64,000 nucleotides of DNA. It comes from the human T2T-CHM13v2.0 reference genome, Homo sapiens. The translations under genes and the position numbers were made by a program. Location of the stretch: NCBI RefSeq assembly GCF_009914755.1, contig NC_060940.1; one strand, 5' to 3'. Below are positions 1 through 14,631 of this stretch, piece by piece; within the stretch, counting starts at the first letter, position 1; every line of letters begins with the position of its first letter. The notes below the pieces were generated by a model. The model was given only the letters and a program-made list of their open reading frames with translations, had not been told where the DNA came from and searched no databases.

Positions 1-1654
1 TCTCATGGGAGAAAGATGCCTACCCAGGCACCTGCAGCTCACAGCAGACGGTGTGCCGCAGCAGAAGGTCCCGTGTAGATGCCCACCGAGTTCATCCAGG
101 CAGGTAGATACATGACTCAAATACCCACAAGAGAAATGAGCACCTACTTGGCTGGAGGAAAACTAAGACTCTTTATGTAAATGAAGCCTTCATAAAATGA
201 AAAAAAAAAAAAGGTTGTAGATGAGAGATGGGTGATGAGTAATTTAACCAAGACGATGCAAATCTAGGCCTTTGAATACTTTAAATATAACCATCTGATA
301 TAAAAAGAATTGCACTAAATTTTTTAAAGTAGAGAGCTTTCCTAGGGTGAGAGACTCACTTTCCTGATAGGGACATATTCCCCAAAAGGCAAATGGGGAA
401 GGCAAAGAACAACATCCATGTTGACATCACATCCCCCTGCAGGCAGCAGAGGAGGATTCAATGCATTTTATAGTCTACACTAGCACCCCATATACCACAC
501 GTTACCTTGCAAACCAGTTTGGATCCCATATGAGAACAGGGATGCCCATTTCAAAGGGGAGGTAGCTTGGGAAACTCTTTTGTTCATTTCTAAAGTAAGC
601 CTGCCCCTGGCTCTGTCTCCTTGTAAATGTCAGGTGGGCCTGAACCATAGTCTTGAGCTTGTCTAAAGATGGGTCTGGACTTTCTTGTCCTTTTGGGTGA
701 TGAGAAGGCCAGAGCAGGGAACCTTCTGTATGCTGGGTCTAGAATGGGTCTGCTAGATGTATCCTCCTAGAGGGGAGAAAGGGATGGTGTGAGTGCAGGA
801 TGCTGAGGAAGGGGTCAAGGACAGGATGTAGAGAGTGTGGCATGAGGGCAAAGCTGGGTACAGGGCAGGCCCCAGTATGGTGTATTTGTAGAAATAGGCC
901 TCAGGAGAGGTGAGAGGGATGAAGAAGTAGTGGCTAGGGGCCACAGCTAGTATCTGGCTGGGCTGTCTAGTCCTGGAGGGGTAAGGGATGCTGGACCATA
1001 CCCTCTAAGGCTGGTTTAGGAGGGTCGGGGGGTCTTGGAGGAAGCTGCCCAGAGCAGCTATGGCCACCAATGAGACAGGAAGAAGTCAAGGTTGATGGCG
1101 CTTGAGCCAGGGTCCCACTGCAGGGACTGGCTGAAGTTCTGGAACATGCATTGAGCACATTAACAAGACTGAGGATTTTGTGTCAGGTCTCTGGAACCTT
1201 CCTTTGGGGGATCAGCCAGTGCAGGAGAAACAGGTGATGGCTGGGTGACCAGGAATCTACTGCCCTATCACCCACAGGCAGCTCATTGTATATCACATGT
1301 GGGGACAATGTCCCCCTCAACGCCTAGCCAGAGGGATGGGGCAGGATGGGGATGCAGCATCCAACATCTGTTGACTGTCTTTCCTCAAATCCTGTTACAC
1401 ATTTCCTTGCATCTCCAGAGTTTTGGTAAGAGAAAAACCATGTACTTCACCTCTATCTTGACAACAATAACTTTCCTCCCTTCCTATGGAAGATAGAGAG
1501 AACCCTCCTCACCTCCAACATAGCACAGATGCCCCAGGGCCCAGCTTCCATGAACCCCATGTAATGATGATGATGAAGATGACAACCATAATGAAGCCTT
1601 ACTCCTAAAATGAGTATAATGACACTAATGATAAAGGCAGCATCAGAGAGTGGG

Positions 1655-1790
1655 GGAGAGAACAGACTTTGAAGCCAGACTGCCTGAGTTCCAGCTCCAC
1701 CTATCACTAATTGTGGGAACTTGGAGGTCACTTTGTTCTTGGGCTCCCTCATCTGTAAAGTGGGGATCAGAGTAGCTGATTATTGGAACA
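1655..1790 (+). mobile_element. MIR
   Basis: GACTTTGAAGCCAGACTGCCTGAGTTCCAGCTCC...CTCATCTGTAAAGTGGGGAT core. Confidence 0.75.
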
Positions 1791-1815
1791 TGTAGTATCC
1801 CGAATAGCTATTGCT

Positions 1816-2072
1816 TTTTTTTTTTTTTTTAAGAGATAGTGTCTTTCTTGTCACATGGCCTGGAGTGCAGTGGTGTGATCTTGGCTCACTGCAGCCTCAA
1901 CCTCCTAGGCTCAAGCAATCCTCCCACCTGTCTCCCAAGTAGCTGAGACCACAGGCATGCACAGGTTTTGCCATGTTGGCCAGGCTGGTACCGAACTCCT
2001 GACCTCAGGTGATCCATCTGCCTCAGCCTCCCAAAGTGCTGGGATTATACGTGTGAGCCACCATGCCCGGCC
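1816..2072 (-). mobile_element. Alu, internally deleted J/S chimera
   Basis: Poly-T plus Alu reverse complement; central A-rich linker missing. Confidence 0.9.
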
Positions 2073-3654
2073 ATTATTCTTATTACTAATATCATTACTA
2101 TAGGCACCTTTCATATCCATTTCATTTGAACTTCGCAATCCTATAAGGAAAAAGGTACAATTGTTATTGTCCCACTTTGCAGATGAGGAAATTGAGGTTC
2201 AGAGAAGTTGAGGGACTTGTCCAAAGACACTCAGCCTGGTACGGAGCCTATATGATCTTCCAGTTGGCTCCCTCTGGCTAGGCTAACAGCCTGGTTACCC
2301 AGGCTTAAAAGGGATGCTTCACCATTACCTGACAGTCCTCCCATTATCCCTGCCCAGCAGGGAGGGGCGTTTTATTGCCTCAACTTAATGCATGGGAGAT
2401 AAGGGCCAGGTGAGTTAAGTGGCTCCTAGGCAGGCCTGCCTCCTCCAGCTAAGCTGCTTTTGAACCAGCTGATCAGGACTACTCTTCAAAATCGCAATTT
2501 AACTGCTGGGCTGCATCCATTGTTCTGTGTGTGGAGGCAGCTGCCCCATAGGCCACCTCACTTGGTGCTGTCACAGTGATTAATAAGGATATTCTGTGTT
2601 CACATGAGGCCTCTCAGTCAAGGCCTCAGAGCACTTTGTAAGCATTAATTAAGCTTCATGATGGTGACTCAGGTAGGTGGGGGCCCTGAACCCACTTCAA
2701 CATGTCTTCAGCTAATGCAGAGAGAGACCAAATCGCTCCCTCAGCAAGCTATGGCCTTCAGCTCATCCAGGTCCTAGTGGGCATTCTCCATCCCTGGGGT
2801 TTGGCCAAAATCATTTGTGGAGAAAAGACTTCCCCTCTTGTCCTTCCAGACTTCAGAACAATAACCAGCACCCAGAAGCCACTCCCATTTGAGTCAGGAC
2901 CAGGCCAACAGCTCTGATGGGCTGGGTTCTACCTGATGCTCATTCACTGGCCCACCTGGGTTCACAGCCAGAGACCACCAGCATGTCGGCACCAACTGCC
3001 TCTGTACACAGGGGCCCCTGGAGTCAGGCCCGTCCCTGCAACACCATCTGCACAGTATCCCCATCCTCCCTCATCTGCTTCACCCCCATTCCCAGCTCTG
3101 CCCTCGCACATCTGCCACCTGCTTTCTGTGGCTCTGTCTGGCGCTTGTGGGGAATGGCAGAGACTGTGTAACTCAAGGTAAAGAGCTTGAACCTCCACCC
3201 AAGGATGAGGGGGAGCCACAAAAGGGAGAGACGTGGTTATATGTGTGCTTTGGAATGACAGCACAGGAAGATAGGTATGTGGGGTGGGGGATGAAGAGAC
3301 CAGAGGCAATGGAGCCAAAGCCAGCATGGCAATGAGCCAGGGGGACAGACTTATGACCAACCTGGCAGTGTTTGTGCAAACCACTCCCCCAGTACACCTG
3401 AAGAAGCCATGTCCAGTAAAACAATTAAGTCCAAGCCCCACTCCCTCACTCTACCACCTCCCAGACACATCTCTTTGACTTGGCTAGGGAATGAGGCCTG
3501 ATACTCATAGCTCGGCCTCCATTCCTAGCCATTGACATTCCAGGGCACCATTGAGTTAGACCCATTAAAGAGTCTAGGGGTGGGCATTGTTTTTCTTCCC
3601 TACTTGCTTGATGAAACCAAGGCTTAGGGGTCCAGTGGCCTGCCTATTAGACTT

Positions 3655-4060
3655 GGTAGTAGCCCCTGAAAGATGTCCATATCCTAATCTCCAGAACTGG
3701 TGAATATGCTACTCTATGTGGCAAAAGGAACTTTGCAGATGTGATTAAGTCAAGCATCTTGAGATGGGGAGAGAAGCCTGGATTATCCAGATAGGCCCAA
3801 CGTAACGACAAGGATCCTTTTGAGAGGGAAGCAAGACCGCTGAAGGTGGAAGAAGAGGATGACAAGGAAGCAGAGGCTGAAGCTTTGAAAATGGAGGAAG
3901 GAGCAAGGAGCCAAGGAATATAGGCAGGCTCTAGAAGTTAGAAGGAAACAGATTCTCCCCTAGAGCTTCCCGAAGGAACACCAGCCTGCTGATGCTTTGA
4001 TTTTAGCTCAGTGAAATTGATTTTGGGTTTCTGACCTCCAAAACTGTAAGATAACATATT
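3655..4060 (+). mobile_element. MaLR solo LTR (MLT1C/D-like)
   Basis: AAAGATGTCCATATCCTAATC...GGAACTTTGCAGATGTGATTAAG...TTCTGACCTCCAAAACTGTAAGATAA motifs. Confidence 0.85.
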
Positions 4061-5116
4061 CCTCAGCATCACCAAACTACAGCAGAAATCCTCAGAAGGA
4101 GGTGGAATTTATCCTAGGTGAGGAAATATTGTGATTCTGCAGAGGCCCTCATGGAATCTGAATTAACCTCTTCCCTTGCCCAGAACTGGGAAAGCCATGG
4201 ATGTTGGGCCTGGTTCTCATTTTGCTGTGATCTGGGCAGGTGCTTGGACAAGATAGACGTATAAGGCCCCTGAGCAAGAAGCTGGAAGAATGTGCAGGAA
4301 ACAGAGTATAGTAAAGTGCTCAGAGGGAGGAAAAGAAGGTTTTGCTGTTGTTGAAATAAAAAACAGTACAGGCCCAGCTGCTTGGAGGCCTCCAGTCAGG
4401 TGAGAACTGGTGGTGAAGAATTCCACCTCCCACTGAGGGGTTGTTTAGTTTGATGATGCTGAGGGTTTGGAGAAAAGGGGAGGGAATTTTCTCCTTAGCC
4501 ACAGATCTGAGATGACTGCAAATTGCTTCCCATGCAGTCTCCTTATTTTAACCTCCAGGGAATAGTGGGCGAGTTTCTGCCTCCCCTGGGTGTACCTGCT
4601 GCAGAGAAAGAGGTGGCGTGTAGGCTGCTGGGAGATTCTGGGCTGGGCTGCACTGGTTCCTTCGTTAAAGTGAGGAGGTTAATGTGAGGATCTCTGAGGT
4701 CCTTTTCAGCTAGAATATTGGAGTCTCCTTGAAAAGCACCAGTTTCCTTAACCATTGAACACATATACAGCCCCAGCCTGATTTAGAGGATTTTAGTTGT
4801 AATGGTAAACCTTTCCACAGTCCTCAGCGGGGGCTTCACAGTCATTTTCAAAGTTATTAGCTCAGTGATCTTCACAACAACCTAAGAGACAGGCACTGGT
4901 ATTACCTTATTTTACAGCTGAGGAAACTAAGGCTCAAAGAGGTGAAGTAATTGGTTCAAGTTAGCATCAGAGTCAGGATTTTGACCAAGGTTTTCTGGCC
5001 TCCTTGTCACCTCCTTTATGGCACAAAAGGGATCTCAAAGATCATTCCCTTCTTGTGACCTTGCTCTGAGTAGCTGAAGATGCTTCCTGGGATTCCTCAG
5101 AGAGTTACTTACTAGC

Positions 5117-5478
5117 TGCTATGGTTTGAATGTGTCCCCCAAATTTCTTGTGTTAGAAACCTAATCTCCAAATTCATATATTGATGGCATTTGGAGGTGA
5201 GGCCTATGGGTGGTAATTAGGATTAGTTAAGGTAGTTAGGGTGGGGATCCATGATGGGGCTGGCGGCTTTATAAGAGGAAGAGAGATCTGAGCTGGCATA
5301 CTCTCTATCTCTCTCCATCTTCTACCATATTATGACACAGAAAGAAGACCCTCATCAGATGCGACCCCCTTGATCTTGGACTTCCCAGCCTCCAGAACTG
5401 TAAGAAATACATTTCTTGTCTTTCTAAATTACCCAGTCTCAGGTGTTCTGTTACAGCAATAGAAAATGAACTAAGACA
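5117..5478 (+). mobile_element. MaLR solo LTR (MST/MLT1A-like)
   Basis: TGCTATGGTTTGAATG...AACTAAGACA termini; 5 bp TSD C(T/C)AGC. Confidence 0.92.
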
Positions 5479-5891
5479 CCAGCAAACTGGGTTGAGTCTT
5501 TTTCTTCCTACTGGTCTTGTTCCTGAACCCCAGATCTCTGCTTCAGGCTTAGCCAAGGAGCTTAGGACCACCTCATTTTTTACCCACCAGCAGGTACTTC
5601 CTAAGCTTGGCACTATTCCAGACCCCGTGGGGCACTCTGAGCATGAAAGAACAGACTGGCACAAGTGAAACAAGTTATGGAGGCTGATGTGGGTGGTTCT
5701 GGACCCCAGCAGTGGCTGAGGAGGCGGTGATGTCACCCAGCAGAGCAGTGCTGGGGAGATGGAAGGTCTGGAGGCCTCAGTGGCGGTGAACAGTCCACAG
5801 TGAGGGTGGACATGGCCCAAGGTGACCAAGGGCTCGGCCTGGGGACGTCACCTGCCCAGTCAGGCCCTCCCTGCACAAAGCCCAAGGAGTT

Positions 5892-5989
5892 AGCCAATGG
5901 CCAGGGCAGTCTTAGCCAGGGGGCCTAGGTGGTCCTAGGGTGCCAGAGGGTCCTAGGCCCCCTGGCTAAGCCTGCCCTGGTCACTGGCT
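5892..5989. repeat. Inverted repeat / stem-loop with 38 bp arms and 22 nt loop
   Basis: 5892-5929 versus reverse complement of 5952-5989: 35/38 identical. Confidence 0.95.
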
Positions 5990-6531
5990 GTGGGAACAAC
6001 AGTTTCTCCTGAATCCTCTCTTTGGCCAGGAGTACTGCCATGTCCTTACTCCTGTGTATACATGGCAGGATGTAATTATCCTAAAGATACCATCTTGAAG
6101 CTTTGAATCCTGAACTCCCAGCCCCAGCATTAAGTCTGCCTTCTGCCTTCTTCACTTGCCCCTCCACAATGGGGCTGCAGGGGCCGTAGGGGGAATAAGC
6201 ATCAGCAGAGACCCTTGTGACTCCTGGGCACTGCCTGCAGAGCTTTGGTCCTGTGTGCAAGGGCCTGTGGATCATGGTCGAACAGTCAGACCCTCAAGTC
6301 ATGTTGGGCCTGACTCCACAGTGACCTGGGAAAAGTAATTTTACTTATGAACCCCAATTCTCACATCTGTAAAATGGAGGTAATCATAGTAGCTGCATCA
6401 TACAACAGCTGAGGGGATGAAATGGGAGAATCCACACAGAATGGTTCAGCGCCACGCCAGGCATCAGCAAAGTTACTGTCTTGATGACTCTATTCTCTTG
6501 CAAAGTTACTGTCTTCATGACTCTATTATAA

Positions 6532-6866
<335 letters not shown>

Positions 6867-8722
6867 TAAGAAAACAGTCCCTAATAAAAGATGCAGAAAC
6901 CTCCTCCCAGGAAGATGTGGAAGAGAGGCCTGGGCCTCAGCTGATGGGATGGTGCCTGTGGGTTGGTAGTCATGGCACTCACTCCCACTTATCAGATAGT
7001 AGGGCTTACAAGGGCCAGAATTAGAACCTCTGGCTTTAGACCTTTGGTTGTCAATTCTCTGTATATGGGAAATCAAAACAGAACTTCATGGATGTCTCTG
7101 GAGGTGCACCGAAGTCAAGGCTGGAACTGGTGAGGGAGAATCTTTCCTATTCAAAAGAAATAGACTGCTTGGGATGGGTGAAGGCAGGGGCAAGAGCCCT
7201 GCATGCCAAGAGGGTCTCCTCCAGCTGGATGGTTCCAAGGTTTCACATGAATAATCAGTAGGAGGGAGCGAAGGGGCCCAGCTTCCTCATCTCTTGGAGA
7301 GGGTCTTTGGCTTTTGCAGAGTGACAGCCACAGGAGGCAAACTCCACTGGATGCCATGAGGATAATGGGTGGGGGGGCGGGCCCTAAGGAGCCAGAGTCA
7401 GAAGAAGGATGGGCAGAAACCAAGGAGGCTGTGATGACAGGGGCAGGGAGGTGGCAGCGCCATGGGACACATCAATGCTGACCCTAAGCTCTTCAGATTG
7501 CTGTTAGCACTGTGAGGCAATAAGGATGGGTGAATCTGCAGGCTGGGAGGGTGGTGGGATACTCAGCAAGATATCCGGCCTCGGGCCAGCCCAGGCTGGG
7601 GCTGGGTGGTGGGGATCTGGAGAACAAGCACTCCCTGCTGAAAGAGAGGGAGAGGTGTGCCACCCAGAAGGAACAACACCTGGGTTTGTCAGCCCTCCTC
7701 CCTTGCACTATGCTGCGAGGAAGTCAATCACATGTGTGTCTCTGAGGTAACAATGTACCCCCAGCACAGAGGATTCCATGTGGAGGATGCTAAGGGAGCA
7801 CTGAGAGTGGATTTGCTTAAAAAGAAGCAGGGATCCCTAGTGCTGATGATGGGCTAGATTTTCCTCAAGGAAAATAAACTTCAGACTTAAGACACAACAA
7901 AGGTGAAAATAAAATAGAGGCTCTATTTTAGCCATCTTATCTACTACAGTATCAATAATCCTGTTCCACTTTTGCAAGATGCATAGCATAGTTCTAAATA
8001 GGACGTTTACATGATCAGGTATCTAGTCAACATTTGAACGGAGAATCTACTAAGGCTTAATGTAGAACCAAGCCCCACGGATGTCAGACACAGGTGTACC
8101 CACAAGGAAATGAATGTTGATTCAATAACCTTATTTGATCTCTGACAACCCCATTTATTATGTCATTATGGGGACTGGAGACTGGAGGAAGAGAAAACAA
8201 AGAGTGGTGAGCTGGCTCACCCTGGTCACACTGACAACCAGTTCATGACCATGTCAAGAAGCTTCTGTGGGTCTCCCCACAGTGGCCTGGAGCTGACTCC
8301 TGGCTGACCTAGTAGCTTGTCCCTACTGCTTGGCCTCCATACAAGTGACTCATTGATGAAAGTTGCCAGGGGGAGCTACTGAATATCTGAAGGAGAGACA
8401 TGCTTCTGAAAACTGTGAAACAATGAAAAGCTCTTAACAATTGATTTAAAATCAATATGGTGTGGAAATAGCACCCAAAATAGAAATATCCTCAAGAGGC
8501 CAAGGGATAGATGTACATTCGTCATTGCTGTTTCTGTCACTGCACTCATTTTCCAACCCTGACTGTGTGTACACATGTAAATATTTCATACGGATTCAGC
8601 CTCACACTGGGCTGTTCAACTTTTTATTAATAACAAGAATAATAATAACCTCATTTGTGGAGTGCTTCTTTCTGCCAGCTACTTTAAATTTACTCATTTA
8701 ATCCTGCCATCAATCCACGTAG

Positions 8723-9131
<409 letters not shown>

Positions 9132-9274
9132 TTAAACTAAGGTCTATCTGATTTCAGAGATGATCTTACCACTTTTCTGTATCGTCAAACTTGCCAGACG
9201 GCAAGGAAGAACTGGGAGGAATAATGAATGCATCTAGTGAAAGAATTGGGACCCTAAGACATCTGGAGGCTCTG

Positions 9275-9482
9275 GCAGCAACTGTCCAATAGAACTTTCT
9301 GCAGTGATGGAAATGTTTTGTTTCGACACTGTCCAATATGGTAGCCTGTAGCCACACATGGTTATCAGGCACTTGAAATGTGGCTTGGGTGACTGAGAAA
9401 CTGAATTTTTAATTTAATCTTATTTATTTATATTTAAATAGTTACACATTGCTAGAGGCTCCCATACCGGACAGCACAACCC
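9275..9482. mobile_element. MER3 (hAT-Charlie MITE)
   Basis: CTGTCCAATAGAACTTTCTGCAGTGATGGAAATGTT...GGACAGCAC termini. Confidence 0.88.
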
Positions 9483-10225
9483 TAGTGCTATGGGCAGAAG
9501 TCAACAAGATGATTCTGGGTTGAGAACTGTGTAACATCTAACATTTGGGTCACAGGAGTGGGATGGGGAGTTAAAAATGACTGGGGGGGGGGTGCTGATG
9601 CATTGTGAGCAGTCACCTCCAAATGTGGGAGCTGAAACATCGAATCAGAGAAAGGAAGGAGGAAGGGAGTGGGCAGGACAGAGGGGACGGGAGGAGCTTG
9701 GCAAGCGGGGGCAGGTACAAGACAGGTTCACCTGAGGATCCAGTCCCTTGTTCCCTGTGCTCGAGACCCAGAAATGCAAAGGAAAGATGAAGACTTCAGA
9801 GAGGGGAGGGTCTCATGCCACTTAGTGGATCTACCCACAGGGAAGCATCTTCCTGTGCCTCTGTCAGCTTCTTAGACTTCCCATGAGCTATGTCCACCTT
9901 CATCCACACCCCATTTCTATGTTTGCTTTGGAGTGTCTGAGCAGCCAAGGCCTCATCCTTGGAGCAGGGAAGTAAACATCATGGAGACAAACTCACTTGA
10001 CTTCACTTAGAGAGGCTAATGACCCAAGATTTTCCAGCTCAAAGGCCCTGTGAGCATCTCCCAAGAAGATATGGCCATGGTAAAAAGACATTAGGAAGCA
10101 GAGGGCAATAAACCGTGTATGATCAGAAAGAGTAGGACAAATCCTTGACTAGTGTGCCAGAGGCAACGCTTTGAACAGAAGAGCCACACAGGCTGCCTCA
10201 AACAGCCACTCCACCCTGGTTTACA

Positions 10226-11926
10226 AATTGAATGCATCCTTCACCCCGCTCCTGCCCCATTCTGCAGATTTGCAGGGAGCAGGAGCAGCAGCAGAAGGGC
10301 CTGGGCAGCTTGCTCCAGAAGGGACTCCTCATCCTGGATTTTCAAAGGGGAGGGTGGGTTTATCCCTTTGTCCTCATACTGTCTTGAGTCTGGACTTCAA
10401 AACGTAAGAGGTAAATAGGAGAACCGGTCACAGAGAGAAAAGGGCTTCCCAGGAAGTCATGCTGGGAACTGGAACATCTAACCCCCTATTTTCCATGTCT
10501 GATAAAGAAAGAGAAAAAGTGAGCTTGGGATGTTTGCAAGAGGCAGTCCCTAAGGTCCCCAGATCACAGAACCCTCTGTCGATACCTGAACTAGGGGCTG
10601 GAGGAGGTCACACTTGGTCCCTGCCTTAGAGAAGGGAGGCAGACCTGGACACAGATGGTCATGCACAGCAGCGTGTGCAGAGAGCCCAGAGGAGACCAGG
10701 CCCAGTTGGGTTCTGCTGTCTAGGAACTATGGTCACATAAAAAATCCCAGCAGACAATGGTGACTGTGGTCAGAGCAGGTCAGCCTAGTCAAGCCAGGGG
10801 AAAGTCAGTCTCAGTGATGTAACTATATCTGGCTGCCCTGTGGGAGATGACCCCTCTCTGCTGGCTATACATTGGGTGCCATAGACAGGGCAGACATGCG
10901 CTATGGGCTAGGCCATTGCAGTGTTATAGACTCGGAGTTGGCCCCAGCCTACCAGGTACCCTGAGATGGGGTGCATGGAAGCCCCAGGGCTGGATTGCTA
11001 GTGGTCTAATCTCCATTGTGGGCAAAGCCAATGCCTGTCTGCTTTCTTGCTGGATACAGTGGGCTCCATTCCAGTCTAGCTGTCTGCCAGATCCTGCAAA
11101 GCTCAGTGTAATAGGGGCTGCCAGAGCCAGGCACCAGTCAATGCTGCATGAGGGCTGGTTAGTGCTCTGTGCTTGAGAAGGGTTGTTCTGAAAATCTCAG
11201 TTAGCCTCTGTGCCCAGTGATAAGGGCACTCTGACTGCTATGGAAACCTTGGTGCTGGGCTGGATTTCCTGAGAAGGATCTGGGTAGGTTTGGGGGCACA
11301 GCGCTTCAAGCCTCCTGTATTGATTCCAGGAGTATAATTGTTTCTGCTCTCAGCAAGACCTTGAGGGCAGAAAAAAGGAGCTTGGGGTGCATGCAGTGGG
11401 CACCACAGGCCCTTACTCCTGCAGGGTTGCGTGATCAGTTGCAGCCCAGCTGGGGAGGGGTGGGGTTGTGTAGCCCAGGGCAGACACTGGCCTGTCCTAG
11501 TTACTCTTGTCAGCAATGAGTATGAGCCCTTTGGGCTGTGCCCTTCTCTGTGCTTTTCAAAATGAAGGACTTGAGGACAAAGGGAGGGACCTTTTCCTGG
11601 GACCAAGCAGTGTGTCCTTTCTTAGGAGAGGGTAGTGAAGTCTGGGTCAGCAGCAAGGAAAGGAAGGGGTTAGATGTTACAATTCCCAGGATGGCTTCCT
11701 GGAAAGCCCTGTTCTCCCTGAGACCAGTTCTGCTATTTACCTCCTGCCCTTTGAAGTCCAGACTCAAGACAGTATGAAGACAAAGGGATAAACCCACTCC
11801 CCTCTTTGAAAGTTTAGGATGAGGAGTCCCCTCTGGAGCAAGCCGTCCAGGCCCTTCTGTCGCTGCACCTGTTACCCCCCAAATCTGCAGAGTGGGGTTG
11901 GAGTGGGGTTAGGAGCACATTCAGTT
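10226..11926. repeat. Non-Alu inverted repeat: arms 10226-10486 and 11664-11926
   Basis: Arm 2 reverse complement aligns nearly ungapped to arm 1 at roughly 80-87% identity (hand alignment). Confidence 0.95.
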
Positions 11927-13400
11927 AAAGTGGGGCCAGGCTTCCAGCATGAGTGTAGAGGAGGTGGTACCCAAGGTCAGCTTTGACCTGACAGCAGCAA
12001 AAGCTGCCCTCCCTCCCCCAGCCACTAACATACTCCCCTCTTCCCTCTATGCCCCCTCCCTCCACCAAAGTTTCTCTTTCTCCTTAATAATGCATAGGAT
12101 AACACACAGGCCTTAGAAAAGCCCACCACGGTGCCCCTCTGTGAATACTGGGTGCAGATGCTTCCTACCTCCTCCCCAGTCATGCTTTATCGACTACAAT
12201 GCTAGGGCCATGGGTTGTGATTCTGTGGTGAGAATCAATTTCATAGATGTCAATAAACTAAGAGGAGGATTAATTTAGACTCCGAGGCTGAGCATGACAG
12301 CTATTTTGGGTCAAGTCCACATTTCATTCCTAAATGGACTCTAGCTGACCCATCCTTTCCCCTGGTCTGGCTCCTTACCCTTCATTCTGAGTTCAGCACG
12401 CTGAGTTTGGCTACATGCCTATGAAGAAGCACTGGGCTAATTTCTAGTCTTGGGGCCTTCTCCCTCCCCCTGCCCCATCACCCCACTGTTCATTATAAAA
12501 GCCAAAAAACATGGAAGAGAATTTGGAAACACATCATGCAGAATCACGCCCCTCTCACAGCAAGAAATACTGTTTGGCCTTCCTCTTCTGCCTGGATCCA
12601 TGCGTGTGATGGCTGAACCGGGACACTCTCTTTATGGTCTATTTATTCAATTAATGTTAGATCCATCTCCATGTGGCCTTTGAGTCTTCGAGAGCATCAT
12701 TTCCAGTGGCTGCAGAATGTCGTGTCAAGTGGATAGACATGCCCTATTGAATCATTTGTCTTCTGTGCACATTGTTGCTGGAAGCCAGGTCATCTGACCT
12801 GATTTTGGCCCATAATGCATATTTGCCAGTCCCTGTGCAGGGAGTGGGGACAGAATTCAGATATATTTCTTCATGAAACATTTAGGAACTGTTAGCTAAA
12901 GGCAGGGCACCATACCAGTGGGAGGACAGGGATTGAGGGAGTAAGAAAATGTGGCCTTAGATTTTCAGTTACTTGAGATTGTAACTGGCAAGGAGCCAGG
13001 CCACCAAGTCTCACATAATAAAGGGGGCTGCCGACTCCCAGGGAAGTGATGACATGCTTGGTTCTGAGAAAACAGCCTCTCAGATAATTGGAACTTGCCT
13101 TGTAGACATTAGTGCATGCCCTTTAATTTGTTACTAATGATAAGACAATAAGGTTCGGGACTAATTTACTTAAAAATAAAAGTAAAGAGTCTAGGGACTT
13201 TTTCTGTATTAGCTTCAGTTGCAGTCAGAATCAGTGCCTTCTGATGTTTCTTGAGTGAGAGGAGAAGGGATGTGGAGTTAAAGCTGTCTTGCTGGCGATT
13301 GTATCAGACCTGGGAGTTTTTCCCACATGGACTCCCATTTATAATGTGCATGGGGCAGGAGTGGGGAGCCTGAAAACCACTGTTTGACATGAGAATACTA

Positions 13401-13972
<572 letters not shown>

Positions 13973-14631
13973 GTAACAGAATTTTCTTTACAATAATCCT
14001 TTATGGTAGGTATTATTTTCTTCACTTTTGAAAAGAGGAGATTGCAAATTACAAAAGTTACGTGACTTGTTAGAGGACTCACTTCTTCCTTCTCCAAAGC
14101 CACTCTTTCCAGAGTGGTCTCATGCACATTTGCCTTTTAAAATAAAATGGTAACTGGATAGCAATACAGACCTAGGATTCTTATATAAGAGAAATTATAT
14201 GTAATAATTTTAGAAAGCTCTCTTAAAGTAATTTACTTTCCAATGAAAGTATGTACTTAGAGCTGAAATTGATAAGAATATATGTTTATAAAAAGTACTT
14301 AAGTTTATTTTTGTCCTTTTCAAAAGAGACAGTACCTTGTAGTTATAAAAGCCTTTAAATTAACATACCACATCAGTGGGCTAAGAACCTCATCTCATCC
14401 TTACTTGTTTTACTGGTAGATTAAAAACTTCAGGAAATTTACAGACTTTCTGCTCTGCCCTGAGAAGTAAGGAGACCAGACCAGAAACCACTGACCAGCA
14501 AATCTCAGTGGGGGTGCAGAGTCTGTCTGGCAGCTAAATGTATGAGGTGGGCAGAAGAAAATTTGAGGGGTCCAGAGTGAGCATTCCAAGTGCCAGGGCA
14601 GCCTGCGTCTGGTTTTAAAAATTTGACTTTG

